From Dehalococcoidia bacterium (lineage in GTDB: Bacteria; Chloroflexota; Dehalococcoidia; UBA6926), in contig OZ242019.1 in the NCBI GenBank assembly GCA_965204885.1, positions 1,514,053 to 1,578,052 of the forward strand: DNA of 64,000 bases, written 5' to 3'. Every line of letters starts with the position of its first letter. The first letter of the stretch is position 1. Of the stretch, positions 47,262 to 57,115 are shown one piece after another. The notes below the pieces were generated by a model. It searched no databases, was not told the DNA's origin, and was given only the letters and a program-made list of their open reading frames with translations. The translations under genes and the position numbers were made by a program.

Positions 47262-50098
47262 CTGCCGCAAGCGCGTCGGGCACCACGCCGTTTCCGCTGG
47301 CGTTCGTCTCGCTTGACCTGGAAACCACGGGGCTGAACGCAGAGAGCGATCGCGTTATTGAGGTCGGCGCAGTCAAGCTCGAACAGGGCCGTATCGTCGG
47401 CACCTTCCAACGGCTCGTCAATCCGGGTCATGCGCTCCCTGATTTCGTCGCTGTGCTGACGGGCATCACGGACGCTGATCTTGTCGGCGCGCCTGCATTC
47501 AACGAGATAGCGGACGAGCTTGCCGCTTTCATCGGCGACCTGCCAATGGTGGGACAGAACTATCAATTCGACCTTGGATTCCTGAACGCGAACGGCGTGA
47601 TGCCGAGCGGTCCCGTGTTCGATACCTTGGACCTCTCACGAATCCTGAGGCCGTCAGCGACCAGCCACTCGCTCGGGTGGGTAAGCGAAGAGATGGGAAT
47701 AGTCAACGACAGCCCCCACAGGGCGCTGGCAGACGCGGAGACGACTGCGCGGGTCTTTCTCACGTTCTGGGACATGATTCTTGCCCTCGACCCGGCCACG
47801 TTGGCGATGATTCGCTCACTCTCCGACCGCGCGCCGCGTGACTGGAGAGCGGGCCCGGTTTTTGATTTGGCCGCCCGGCAGCAAGAAATTGCCGCCGATG
47901 GGCCTGAGCGGGTTATCCGACGGTTGACCGAAAGACTTGGCAAACCGGGCATCGAGTCCGAGGCGCGCCAGCGGAAACTGCCTACAACGCAGGACGGGGC
48001 GGCGGCCATTGGGGCGGTGTTTGAATCCAATGGCAGGCTCGCCCGGGCGCTTGGAGACGCATATGAGCCGCGCGCGCAGCAGCTGGAGATGGCGCAGGCG
48101 GTGGCGCAAGCCCAGGAGGCAGATCAAACACTGCTTCTGGAAGCCCCGCCCGGCACCGGCAAATCGCTCGGCTATCTGATACCCGCCATCTGGCGAGCGG
48201 AGGCTGCTGAAGAACAGGTCGTCGTCGCCACGTCTACGCGCGGCTTGCAGGAACAGCTCGCCGCCAAGGACGTCCCCATCGCCCTGCAAGCGCTCGGCCT
48301 GACACCGGACGAGGTGCGAGTGGCCGTGCTCAAGGGCAGGGGAAACTATCTGTGCATATCGCGGCTGCTCTCACGGCTCGGCAGCCTTGAGATCACGCCC
48401 GGCGAGGCCGCGTTCTTTGCCCGGCTGATGGTCTGGCTTGAATCAACCGAAAGTGGTGACCTGGGCGAGCTGCCGATGGGTGAGCAGGAGGCGGCGCGTT
48501 GGTCAACCCTGTCCGCAGGCTCGGAAGAGGGGCACGGCAACTGCGCCTATGAGCGTGAGGGGTTGTGTTTCATCGGCCGGGCGCGGAGGGCTGCTCAGGC
48601 CGCCCACCTCGTCATCACGAATCATGCGCTTCTCATGGCCGATTCCTCCTCCGGTGGCAACGTCCTGGGTGAAATCCCTCACATAATCCTCGATGAGGCG
48701 CACAACCTTGAACGTGAGGCCACCGACCACTACGGGCGCAGCTTCTCTCACAACGAAATTAATGAGTTGCTCAACTCGCTTGGCGCAGATTCGGAAGACG
48801 GCCGGTCACGGATCGTGACGGCGGCGATGGGCTCAACGAATTCATCCGCCGGAGCAACGGCTCAGACAATGGAGGCCGCGGGCACTGAGGTTGCCGCAGC
48901 AGCTCGCAGCGCGGCTGCCCGGGCGGGTCAGTTCTTCAGCGCCATTGGCGTCATCGCCGCCGGGTCACGCTCGGATCGGGGCGGCGATTCCCAGATACGT
49001 CTGGTTCAGCGCGTCCGGGAAACGGATGAATGGCGTGAGGCCGCGAAGGCATGGGAAGACCTGGACGCAACGCTTGCCGGAGTCGCCGATCTGGTTGATT
49101 CGCGGCTGAGGTCGGCGCTGCAAACACAGCAGGGGCGGCAAGGCCCGTCCACGGACGTTGACGACATTGTGAGGCGTATCTCTGACCTTCGAGCACGTTT
49201 GATGAACGTGATGAGGGATGTGAATCCTGATGACGACATAACGTGGCTTGAAACGCCGCGTGAGCAACGTGGAAGTATCTCATTGCACTGGGCGCCGATG
49301 TCCGTTGCGCCGCATCTCGCAAGCGGTCCTTTCGCTGAGCGCAAGTCGATTGTCCTCTCCAGCGCGACGCTGACGACGGACGATTCCTTTGGATTCATCA
49401 CTGACCGATTGGGACTTGAGGAACCGGAAACGCTGCAGGTGAGACTCACGCTGGGGCCGGAGGATGCAGCGGCGGCAATGGTTCCTGCGGACGTGCCGGA
49501 CCCGAACAATAACGCCTACGGAAAGGCCGTTCAGCAGGCCATCACTGATGTGGCAACGGCTACCGGCGGCGGTGTGTTGGTATTGTTCACCTCGCACGCC
49601 TCGTTGCGCCAGGCGTACACCAAAGTGAGTTCCGATTTGCGGAAGCACGATATCAACGTGCTCGGGCAGGGGATTGATGGCGCGCCGGACCGGCTGGCGG
49701 AAATCGCTCGACTCCGCAAGGGCGTCGTCATCCTCGGCGCGGCGGCGTTCTGGGAAGGCGTCGATTTGCCGGGCGACGCGCTGAAAGCGCTCATCGTCAC
49801 ACGCCTCCCGTTTGACGTGCCGTCCGACCCGATAATCGCGGCGCGCGGCGAGACGTATGAGAACTCCTTCAACGAGTTCCAGATTCCGCGGTCGCTCCTG
49901 CGTTTCAAGCAGGGCGTGGGGCGGTTGCTTCGGAGTACGAAAGACCAGGGTGTGATCATCATCTTGGATTCACGAGTATTGAATCGCGCATATGGGGCGG
50001 CGTTTATCGATGCGCTCCCCACATCCACTGTGCAGACGCCGACGCTAGATCGACTGGGCGATGAGGTACAGGACTGGTTCGGTGGCGATGACGAGTGA
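47258..50098 (+). CDS. dinG: DnaQ-like 3'-5' exonuclease fused to a DinG/Rad3-family ATP-dependent DNA helicase
   Basis: Exo I 'FVSLDLETTGL', Exo III 'HRALADAETTA'. Helicase motif I 'EAPPGTGKSLGYLIPA', DEAH-type 'ILDEAHNLE', C-terminal 'LDSR' motif VI. Its ATGA start overlaps the PHP stop. Confidence 0.85.
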   Translation: MTAASASGTTPFPLAFVSLDLETTGLNAESDRVIEVGAVKLEQGRIVGTFQRLVNPGHALPDFVAVLTGITDADLVGAPAFNEIADELAAFIGDLPMVGQNYQFDLGFLNANGVMPSGPVFDTLDLSRILRPSATSHSLGWVSEEMGIVNDSPHRALADAETTARVFLTFWDMILALDPATLAMIRSLSDRAPRDWRAGPVFDLAARQQEIAADGPERVIRRLTERLGKPGIESEARQRKLPTTQDGAAAIGAVFESNGRLARALGDAYEPRAQQLEMAQAVAQAQEADQTLLLEAPPGTGKSLGYLIPAIWRAEAAEEQVVVATSTRGLQEQLAAKDVPIALQALGLTPDEVRVAVLKGRGNYLCISRLLSRLGSLEITPGEAAFFARLMVWLESTESGDLGELPMGEQEAARWSTLSAGSEEGHGNCAYEREGLCFIGRARRAAQAAHLVITNHALLMADSSSGGNVLGEIPHIILDEAHNLEREATDHYGRSFSHNEINELLNSLGADSEDGRSRIVTAAMGSTNSSAGATAQTMEAAGTEVAAAARSAAARAGQFFSAIGVIAAGSRSDRGGDSQIRLVQRVRETDEWREAAKAWEDLDATLAGVADLVDSRLRSALQTQQGRQGPSTDVDDIVRRISDLRARLMNVMRDVNPDDDITWLETPREQRGSISLHWAPMSVAPHLASGPFAERKSIVLSSATLTTDDSFGFITDRLGLEEPETLQVRLTLGPEDAAAAMVPADVPDPNNNAYGKAVQQAITDVATATGGGVLVLFTSHASLRQAYTKVSSDLRKHDINVLGQGIDGAPDRLAEIARLRKGVVILGAAAFWEGVDLPGDALKALIVTRLPFDVPSDPIIAARGETYENSFNEFQIPRSLLRFKQGVGRLLRSTKDQGVIIILDSRVLNRAYGAAFIDALPTSTVQTPTLDRLGDEVQDWFGGDDE

Positions 50099-51065
50099 TA
50101 CGGTACGGGCTGAAACGGCCCGTATCGAATTGACATCTCCCCTTGACCTGCCGACGTCGTTGGATGAGGGGCAGGCGTTTGGCTGGACGGCGCCCGATGG
50201 CGAGGCTGACGGCTGGTGGATCGGAACCGTCTATGGCCACGCAGTGCGTATTCGGCACCTGGATGCAAAGGCCGACAGCCTCGGTGTCCTGGAAGTTTCT
50301 GCGCACGACGCGGATGTGCCAAATGACGCTGCCGCGGAAATGGTAACTCGCTACCTGCGCCTTGATGACGACCATTCACGAATCAGGAATGCGCTGTCCG
50401 AAGATTCTGTGCTCACGGAAATAATTGGTCGCTGGCCCGGCCTCACGCTATTGCGTCAGGAGCCATGGGAGTGCCTGGCGAGTTTCATCATCAGCGCGCA
50501 ATGCCACCTGCCACGCATTAAAAGGAATATGCAGAACTTGGCTGAGGCGTGCGAGGCCAGCGGTAAGGCGTGGGGCCAGACGGTATATCACGTTCCTGAA
50601 CCGGCGGCGGTGGCGCGCTTGGGAGAGACTCGACTCCGTCGCATTGGACTGGGGTTTCGTGCGCCGTTTCTCGATTCTGCCGCCATCCGTATTGCGGAGG
50701 GCGACGTTGAACTCGACGAATTACCGACACTGCCGTATGAAGACGCCAAAAACGTGTTGCTGACTTTAAAGGGCATTGGGCCGAAAATCGCCGACTGTAT
50801 CCTCGCGTTTTCGCTGGATCACACCGAGGCGTTCGCCGTGGATCGATGGGTGAGCCGAGCCGTGACGCGCCTGTACCTGCGTGGGGAAAAGACTCCGGAG
50901 GACAAGATTGCTGCGTGGGGGCGGGAGCGTTTTGGCAGTTACGCCGCCTATGCGCAACAGCTCCTCTTTCAAGAGGAGCGCGAGGTGGCCATGCGGGAAC
51001 GCGCTCTGCCGGGGAGCGTCATGATCCGTCAGAGGCGGCAGAATCGCGCCCCATCCATTGCCTGA
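50088..51065 (+). CDS. ogg: 8-oxoguanine DNA glycosylase / AP lyase (OGG, HhH-GPD)
   Basis: 'LKGIGPKIADCILAFSLDHTEAFAVDRWVSR', which carries the catalytic Lys and Asp of OGG-type enzymes. The ATG at 50088 overlaps the dinG stop by 11 nt. Confidence 0.75.
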   Translation: MTSDTVRAETARIELTSPLDLPTSLDEGQAFGWTAPDGEADGWWIGTVYGHAVRIRHLDAKADSLGVLEVSAHDADVPNDAAAEMVTRYLRLDDDHSRIRNALSEDSVLTEIIGRWPGLTLLRQEPWECLASFIISAQCHLPRIKRNMQNLAEACEASGKAWGQTVYHVPEPAAVARLGETRLRRIGLGFRAPFLDSAAIRIAEGDVELDELPTLPYEDAKNVLLTLKGIGPKIADCILAFSLDHTEAFAVDRWVSRAVTRLYLRGEKTPEDKIAAWGRERFGSYAAYAQQLLFQEEREVAMRERALPGSVMIRQRRQNRAPSIA

Positions 51066-52296
51066 CCATCTGCGCCTCGCCATCCCTGTTCAAGACCAGG
51101 TTGTCGAGCCGGGCCTTCCGTAGCTGGTCAAGGAACTTTCCCACGAGGGGCCCTTGGCGCACGCCCATCTCAAGCAGGTCGTTCCCGTTCAATTCCGCTT
51201 CCACGTGCCTCCATGTGCCCAGGTATGAGGCGATTGCTCGAGCCTCGGGGGCGTCTCCGGTGAGGTAAAGGGCCTCAAGAGCCGCTGGCTCAAACAGGGA
51301 GAGGACTTCCGTAAAGTGGCTTGGGCGGCCTATTTCTGAGGCCTCACGAAATGCCGCCGATCCGCTCTCCTTCCACAGGCGGATGTCATCGACTGCCCGA
51401 CGAGATCTGCCTGCGAGATTGAAAGTGTCAATGAGTGTCTCGAACTCCGTGCCCACTGTCGTTGCGATGAGAGCCCAATACACGTCGGCGTCGTCGGCAT
51501 CATCAGGCCTCGCGGCCGCCTCCCGATCAGACATCGAGAAACTGTATAGCGCATTCACCCAATCGGATGCCGTGGGCAGGTGATCCAAAACCCCCCAGGA
51601 CTGCAGCATATAGAGTCCTTCCATGGGCTTCTTTTCTCGCCAGAGTCGGTTGAATTCGTTGCGCAGGCGGTCCGGGCCTACGGTGCCGATATGGGAGGCA
51701 TCGCTCCTTATCCACGTCTCTGTTTCCGCGTGCATTTTGAACTGGAGCCGGGAGGCGTAGCGCGCCGCGCGAATCATTCTCGTGGCGTCGTCACGGAACG
51801 ATCGGGCATGCAGCGCGCGAAGTACTCCTGCCTGTACATCGTTGACTCCACGGTGAGGATCGACGACACGCCCGAAATCCATCGAACCAATGGAGACGGC
51901 GATAGCGTTTGCTGCAAAGTCACGGCGCCCCAGGTCGGTCTCGATATCTGATGGTGCAACATCGGGCAGGGCGCCCGGTGACGCGTATGTTTCGCTGCGG
52001 GCTGTCGCGATATCCATCTCGCGTGTGCCAACAGTCAGCTTGACTGTCATGAATTGTGAGGCGGTGGTTCTCAGGGCTAGCCGAAACTGAACGGCTCTCT
52101 GCGCCAGTTCATCAGCGCTGCCCTGGACAACAAGGTCAACTTCAATGGGATCCTGCCCCAGCAGAATGTCCCGCACCGCTCCCCCGACGATGAAGAGCGT
52201 GCCCTGTTCCGCAATGTCGCCGAGCCTTCGGCACGTTTCCAGTAGATCGGGTTCCAGCCGCTGCCCCAATTCAAGCGCAATGCTATTGGACATCAT
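51019..52296 (-). CDS. cca: CCA-adding tRNA nucleotidyltransferase / poly(A) polymerase-family protein
   Basis: N-terminal 'LFIVGGAVRDILLG...DLVV' pol-beta nucleotidyltransferase head; 425 aa. Its 3' end overlaps ogg convergently by 47 nt. Confidence 0.8.
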   Translation of the reverse strand: MMSNSIALELGQRLEPDLLETCRRLGDIAEQGTLFIVGGAVRDILLGQDPIEVDLVVQGSADELAQRAVQFRLALRTTASQFMTVKLTVGTREMDIATARSETYASPGALPDVAPSDIETDLGRRDFAANAIAVSIGSMDFGRVVDPHRGVNDVQAGVLRALHARSFRDDATRMIRAARYASRLQFKMHAETETWIRSDASHIGTVGPDRLRNEFNRLWREKKPMEGLYMLQSWGVLDHLPTASDWVNALYSFSMSDREAAARPDDADDADVYWALIATTVGTEFETLIDTFNLAGRSRRAVDDIRLWKESGSAAFREASEIGRPSHFTEVLSLFEPAALEALYLTGDAPEARAIASYLGTWRHVEAELNGNDLLEMGVRQGPLVGKFLDQLRKARLDNLVLNRDGEAQMVRQWMGRDSAASDGS

Positions 52297-52409
52297 GGTG
52301 CCTCTATCATCGCATGACTAGGAATGGAGCGCTTTGACTCATCGGGGCACGACTGTAGAATCATAAAGAGAGTCAATGCTCGTGATTCTGCGAGGTTGAA
52401 TGGAGGTTT

Positions 52410-52652
52410 TTGGTGGCAACACAAGTAGGAACGAAGCCAATTGTCTACACCCTGACGACATGCCCTGCGTGCGTCGTGATGAAAGAGGATTGGACGAAAC
52501 AAGGTATCGAGTTTGAAGAGCGTCAGGTCGATGAGAACCAGGCATGGCTCGACGAGGCGCGAATCTATGGCGATGTCGTCCCCATCGTCGTTTACCCGGA
52601 CGGAAAAGTCACCATGGGTTACAAGGACATGATCAGTTGTAACATAGGCTAG
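52410..52652 (+). CDS. Glutaredoxin-like small redoxin
   Basis: 80 aa; 'TCPACV' CxxC active site in a thioredoxin-fold context. Confidence 0.7.
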   Translation: MVATQVGTKPIVYTLTTCPACVVMKEDWTKQGIEFEERQVDENQAWLDEARIYGDVVPIVVYPDGKVTMGYKDMISCNIG

Positions 52653-52705
52653 CTGGGCCAAAAGGATTCAAAAGATCCCATATATGGGGTGGCGGAGGAA
52701 ACACG

Positions 52706-53287
52706 ATGGCTGAGAAGACGACTGTTGTCACACCCGAGCGATTTGGCGCGGGATTCACGTATGACGACTACATCGAGCAGATCAAGGTCAACAAGGACAG
52801 GTTTGAGCAGTACTACAACAGCGCCCAACTCTCGGATGATGACGTGGCATTTTTCCGCCGGGCGAAGGATGCCGGCGCGACCAAGATGCTGATCCTCGGA
52901 GAAGATTGGTGCCCTGACGTCTTCCGCGGAATGCCGGTACTCGCAAAGATCGCTGAAGCGGCGGGCATGGACGTCAGCGTGTTCCCGCGAGATGAGAACC
53001 TCGACATCATGAATGAGTTCCTCAAGAACGGTGAGTTCATGTCCATCCCCGTGCCAGTGTTCTATACGGACGATCTCGAAGAGATTGCTCATTGGCACGA
53101 GAGGCCCGAATCTGCCAATGAAGAAATGCCGAAGATCACTGAAGATGTGAAGGCTGAGATTGGGGATGAAGACGAGCAGGAGTTCCGCCGCACAGTGCGT
53201 GAGCGGATGCAGGCTCGCTACCCCGCTTGGCAGGTGGAGACTGTCAGAGAGCTGCGAGAGTTGCTCGCGGAGAAGCTCTCCCTCTGA
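52706..53287 (+). CDS. Thioredoxin-fold family protein (WCPDC-type)
   Basis: 'EDWCPDV' single-Cys/CxxC-like motif; 193 aa; acidic C-terminus. Confidence 0.6.
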   Translation: MAEKTTVVTPERFGAGFTYDDYIEQIKVNKDRFEQYYNSAQLSDDDVAFFRRAKDAGATKMLILGEDWCPDVFRGMPVLAKIAEAAGMDVSVFPRDENLDIMNEFLKNGEFMSIPVPVFYTDDLEEIAHWHERPESANEEMPKITEDVKAEIGDEDEQEFRRTVRERMQARYPAWQVETVRELRELLAEKLSL

Positions 53288-53311
53288 TTCACTTGGATCT
53301 TGATAGTGAAG

Positions 53312-53346
53312 AGGACGGGGCTTGTGCCCCGTCCTTTCTTTTGGTT
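53312..53346 (+). terminator. Rho-independent terminator
   Basis: 10-bp G/C stem 'AGGACGGGGC-TTGT-GCCCCGTCCT' followed by 'TTCTTTTGGTTT'. Confidence 0.75.
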
Positions 53347-53473
53347 TCGCTGCTAACGTTCGCGGGCGCGATGGCGTTCGAATATACAGTGTGTTGAAAC
53401 GGCGCGGCGGCGGTCCATGATTGGTAACACCCGCCCGGCGGCGATTCAAAATGCCCCCAAGGGCAATTGAGGT

Positions 53474-55177
53474 GTGTGGCGGATGGCGACGATCAAGCGT
53501 CTGCGGCTGTGGCAAATCATTGTAATCCTCGGCGTATTGATCGTTGGTTTCGGCGGCGGCGCATATGTCATCAATGCGCAGTTGTCGGGCGATCAAGCTA
53601 CTGGGGGCCTCACTGAGAATGAGCAGCTTGTGGCGGTGGCGCGCGGTGATCTGATCAACCAGGTGCAGACGGGCGGCACGCTAACTCTGCCCCATCGGGA
53701 ATCCATACGCTTGGGCGTTGGCTCCATCGTCAAGGATGTGCTGGTTGAAGAGGGGCAAGCCGTTATCGAGGGCCAGGCCCTCTTCACGTTAGATGACGCA
53801 ACCGTCGCACGTCATGACATGGAAATCGCGAAGGCGCGAATTGCGCTGCGCGACGCGCAGGATGCCCTTGCAAATCTACTCTCGGACGCGCAAGCGGATT
53901 TGGCTGCTGCAGAGGATGACGTCGCGGACGCGGAGCGGGTTCTTGGTGACCTCGATAAGGAACACCGGGAGAAAATCGAGACCGCGCAGGACGACGTTGA
54001 TGAACGGGAAGAAGAGTACGGGGACATCTTCGCGGCGTGGCTGGGGGTCACCCTTGAAGAGCATGAATTAGCGATGCCTCCAAACGACTTGCTGGCAAGA
54101 TGGGGAGTCAACTTGGAGGAACTGCTCATCGAGGCTGTTGGCGCAGACAGCGTGAGGGGTATCTATTCCCGCGGCGCGCCGGCAGATGATCCGGCCACCA
54201 GGTGGTCTGAAACCATAGTCTACGCCATCGTCAATTTCTACCCGGGCGTGATTGTCTCCACGTGTGAAAGCACTGACGCTCATCCACTCAACGGGCACTG
54301 CCTTCAAAAGGGATTTGATGACGTCTGGGACGCGCTGACGACGGCCCGTGACGCGCTGGGTGACGCGATTACGGCAAGGGATACCGCGATAAGGGAAGCG
54401 CAGACCAAGCTGGATGAGGCGCGAGAGAAGCGTGACCAGGCCCGACTCGCCGTGCGTGATGCGAGCGAAGGAGGCGAGGGATATGCTCGCCAACTCAAAG
54501 AGGCTGAGCTTGTAACGGCGCAGGTTGCACTGCAGGACGCGCTGCTGCAGCGCGAGGAAGCGACCGTCCGCGCGCCGATTGACGGCATTGTCGCCGTCCT
54601 CAATGCGGTTCCGGGCGAAGAACTTGATGTGGAATCGCGTATTGCGGTTGAGATCATTGACACGTCCATCGTGGAGCTTTCAGGGCAGGTGGATGAGACC
54701 GACGTGCTGCGGATCAGCTACGGGGACCCGGCTGAGATCACCCTGGACGCGATGCCCGGGCAGGTATTCACCGGCTCAATATCGTCGATTTCGTCTGCGG
54801 CTCAACTTCAACAGGGCATCGCGGTCTTCACGGTGTTGGTACGCATTGACGTTCCGCCGGACGTTGACCTGCGGGAGGGTATGAACGCGAACGCCCGCAT
54901 GGCTGTGGAGGAGGAGTTCAACGTCTTGCTGGTTCCGGTGCAATCGATCTACGGCACGTTCCAGACGCCAATCCTCCGTGTCATGTCGGACGACGAGATA
55001 ACATCGCGTCCGGTGACGCTGGGGGACAACGACGGCTTCTGGGTTGTTGTCGAGAGCGGCGTGAGTGAGGGCGAAGAGGTCATCATGCACGTGTCCGAGG
55101 CGGATGAATTCGGTGTGTTCGGCGGCGGCCCGGGATTCCAGCGCCAGACAACCCGAACCGTCCGGGTGGCCAACTAA
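53474..55177 (+). CDS. HlyD-family periplasmic adaptor (membrane fusion protein) with long coiled coil
   Basis: N-terminal TM anchor, extended A/E/D-rich coiled-coil region, C-terminal beta-barrel/lipoyl-like segments. Confidence 0.75.
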   Translation: MWRMATIKRLRLWQIIVILGVLIVGFGGGAYVINAQLSGDQATGGLTENEQLVAVARGDLINQVQTGGTLTLPHRESIRLGVGSIVKDVLVEEGQAVIEGQALFTLDDATVARHDMEIAKARIALRDAQDALANLLSDAQADLAAAEDDVADAERVLGDLDKEHREKIETAQDDVDEREEEYGDIFAAWLGVTLEEHELAMPPNDLLARWGVNLEELLIEAVGADSVRGIYSRGAPADDPATRWSETIVYAIVNFYPGVIVSTCESTDAHPLNGHCLQKGFDDVWDALTTARDALGDAITARDTAIREAQTKLDEAREKRDQARLAVRDASEGGEGYARQLKEAELVTAQVALQDALLQREEATVRAPIDGIVAVLNAVPGEELDVESRIAVEIIDTSIVELSGQVDETDVLRISYGDPAEITLDAMPGQVFTGSISSISSAAQLQQGIAVFTVLVRIDVPPDVDLREGMNANARMAVEEEFNVLLVPVQSIYGTFQTPILRVMSDDEITSRPVTLGDNDGFWVVVESGVSEGEEVIMHVSEADEFGVFGGGPGFQRQTTRTVRVAN

Positions 55178-55212
55178 CGGCATTCGAACGGCAGGCAGCC
55201 CGGAGCGGCGAT

Positions 55213-55893
55213 GTGATTGAACTGGTCAACGTCACCAAGACCTATCGGATGGGTGAGGTTGAGATTGGCGCCCTGCGTGGTGTCAATCTGACTGTCAATG
55301 ATGGCGAGATGGTCGCCGTCATGGGAGCCTCGGGCTCCGGCAAATCGACCTTGATGAATATCCTTGGCTGCCTTGACGTTCCCACGTCCGGCCAGTATTC
55401 GCTTGACGGCGTCAGTGTTGGACGGCTGTCCGATTCACGGCTGGCGGCGATTCGGAACCGCAAGATCGGATTCGTGTTTCAGAGCTATAACCTGTTGCCG
55501 CGCCTCTCGGCGGAATCGAATGTCGAACTGCCGCTGTTGTATGCGCGAAAGAGCGACAGCGCGCGTTTGGCGCGGGAAGCGCTGGGTCGCGTTGGACTTT
55601 CGGACAGGACAGCGCATCGTCCGACGGAGATGTCCGGGGGGCAACAGCAGAGGGTTGCCATTGCGCGAGCGCTGGTCAATGAGCCGTCCATCCTGCTTGC
55701 CGACGAGCCAACGGGCAACCTGGATTCCCACTCCAGCTTGGAGATCATCGAACTTCTTAAGGAGCTCAATCGGACATCCGGGATTACGGTCATCATCGTT
55801 ACGCATGAGGAGGAAATCGCGCGTTTCGCTGAGCGAAGAATCCTGATGAGAGATGGCGAAGTGGTCAGTGATGAGAAGGCAGGGGCGGAGTGA
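55213..55893 (+). CDS. ABC transporter ATP-binding protein, MacB/FtsE-like
   Basis: 'GASGSGKST', 'MSGGQQQRVAIARA', 'ILLADEPTGNLD', 'IIVTHE'. Confidence 0.9.
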   Translation: MIELVNVTKTYRMGEVEIGALRGVNLTVNDGEMVAVMGASGSGKSTLMNILGCLDVPTSGQYSLDGVSVGRLSDSRLAAIRNRKIGFVFQSYNLLPRLSAESNVELPLLYARKSDSARLAREALGRVGLSDRTAHRPTEMSGGQQQRVAIARALVNEPSILLADEPTGNLDSHSSLEIIELLKELNRTSGITVIIVTHEEEIARFAERRILMRDGEVVSDEKAGAE

Positions 55894-57107
55894 GCCCGCA
55901 GCGCACGCTCTTATCCGCCTTGCAGTCGGTCGGGAGCAACAAGCTCCGCAGCCTGCTCACCCTGCTCGGCATCGTGATCGGCGTGGCGGCCGTCATCTCG
56001 CTCATGTCTATCGGGCGCGGCGTGCAGGAGTCTGTGACCTCGTTTATCCAGGAGTTGGGCACCAACATCCTCTTCGTCAGTCCGTCAGGGGGATCGCTGA
56101 CGCTGGATGACGCGTACGCGCTGGTGGATCCGCTGCTTGCCCCATCGGTTGATCAGGTTGCGCCGGAGATCAACTCATTTGGCGATGTGACCACGATCGA
56201 TGACTTTGGCGCGCGCAGCATTTCCGGCGAGATTACTGGCGTGACGCCGGAGTACCAGGACGTGCGAGATTTCAAGGTTGCTGCCGGAAGCTTCATCAGC
56301 ATTCCTCATGTTTCCGCCGCGTCCGACGTGGCAGTCCTCGGCTCACAGGCTGCGGTGGACCTCTTCCTGGGGCGTAATCCGATTGGGCAGAACATCACCA
56401 TCAATGGTCGCCAGATGACTGTTATCGGCGTGCTGGAGAGCAGGGGAGGAGGAGCGTTTGGTTTTGAAGACAACCGTGTTCTCATTCCCATCACAACTGC
56501 CTATCGCCGCATCAGCGCGGATCGGACCGTCGAGGGCGCTGTCGGCGTCGATACGATTAGCGTGCTGGTCGGCGACGCCGACAACATGGAACGGGCTGAG
56601 GGCGAAGTTAGCCGGGTTTTACGTTTGCGCCATAGAGTGACGGAGGAAGACGACTTCGAAATCAGGAATCAGCAACAGGCGCTGGAAGCATTCCAGGAGA
56701 CCACGCAGGCGTTTGTGCTCTTCCTGGGTTCGATTGCGGGCATCTCCCTCATTGTTGGCGGGATCGGCATCATGAACATCATGCTGGTCTCCGTCACGGA
56801 GCGGACCAGGGAAATCGGCATTCGCAAGGCAGTGGGGGCCCGGCGCTGGGATATCCTTTCGCAGTTCGTCCTGGAGGCCGTGCTGCTGAGCCTGGGCGGC
56901 GGTATCATCGGTGTGCTTTTGGGAATGCTCGTCGCGCAAGGAATGAATGTCACGCTGCTGGCCGAAGAAGATATCCGCACGGTTGTCAGCACCGATATCA
57001 CCGTCCTGGCCCTGGCCGTTTCAATGCTTATAGGCCTGGTTTTCGGCATCTATCCAGCGATGCGTGCTGCGGCCCTGCATCCGATTGATGCTCTGCGATA
57101 TGAATAG
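55890..57107 (+). CDS. ABC transporter permease, FtsX/MacB family (periplasmic core domain + 4 TM)
   Basis: N-terminal TM, ~220-aa periplasmic domain, C-terminal FtsX block 'GGIGIMNIMLVSVTERTREIGIRKAVGA'. ATGA overlap with the ATPase gene. Confidence 0.85.
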   Translation: MSPQRTLLSALQSVGSNKLRSLLTLLGIVIGVAAVISLMSIGRGVQESVTSFIQELGTNILFVSPSGGSLTLDDAYALVDPLLAPSVDQVAPEINSFGDVTTIDDFGARSISGEITGVTPEYQDVRDFKVAAGSFISIPHVSAASDVAVLGSQAAVDLFLGRNPIGQNITINGRQMTVIGVLESRGGGAFGFEDNRVLIPITTAYRRISADRTVEGAVGVDTISVLVGDADNMERAEGEVSRVLRLRHRVTEEDDFEIRNQQQALEAFQETTQAFVLFLGSIAGISLIVGGIGIMNIMLVSVTERTREIGIRKAVGARRWDILSQFVLEAVLLSLGGGIIGVLLGMLVAQGMNVTLLAEEDIRTVVSTDITVLALAVSMLIGLVFGIYPAMRAAALHPIDALRYE

Positions 57108-57115
57108 GGGACAAT

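Noticed and set aside
52649-53596. 315-aa minus-strand ORF covering the thioredoxin-like gene
   Set aside because: It is entirely antisense to two plus-strand redoxin genes that carry clear CxxC motifs. It is low-complexity and Arg/Pro-rich, as expected of GC-rich antisense frames.
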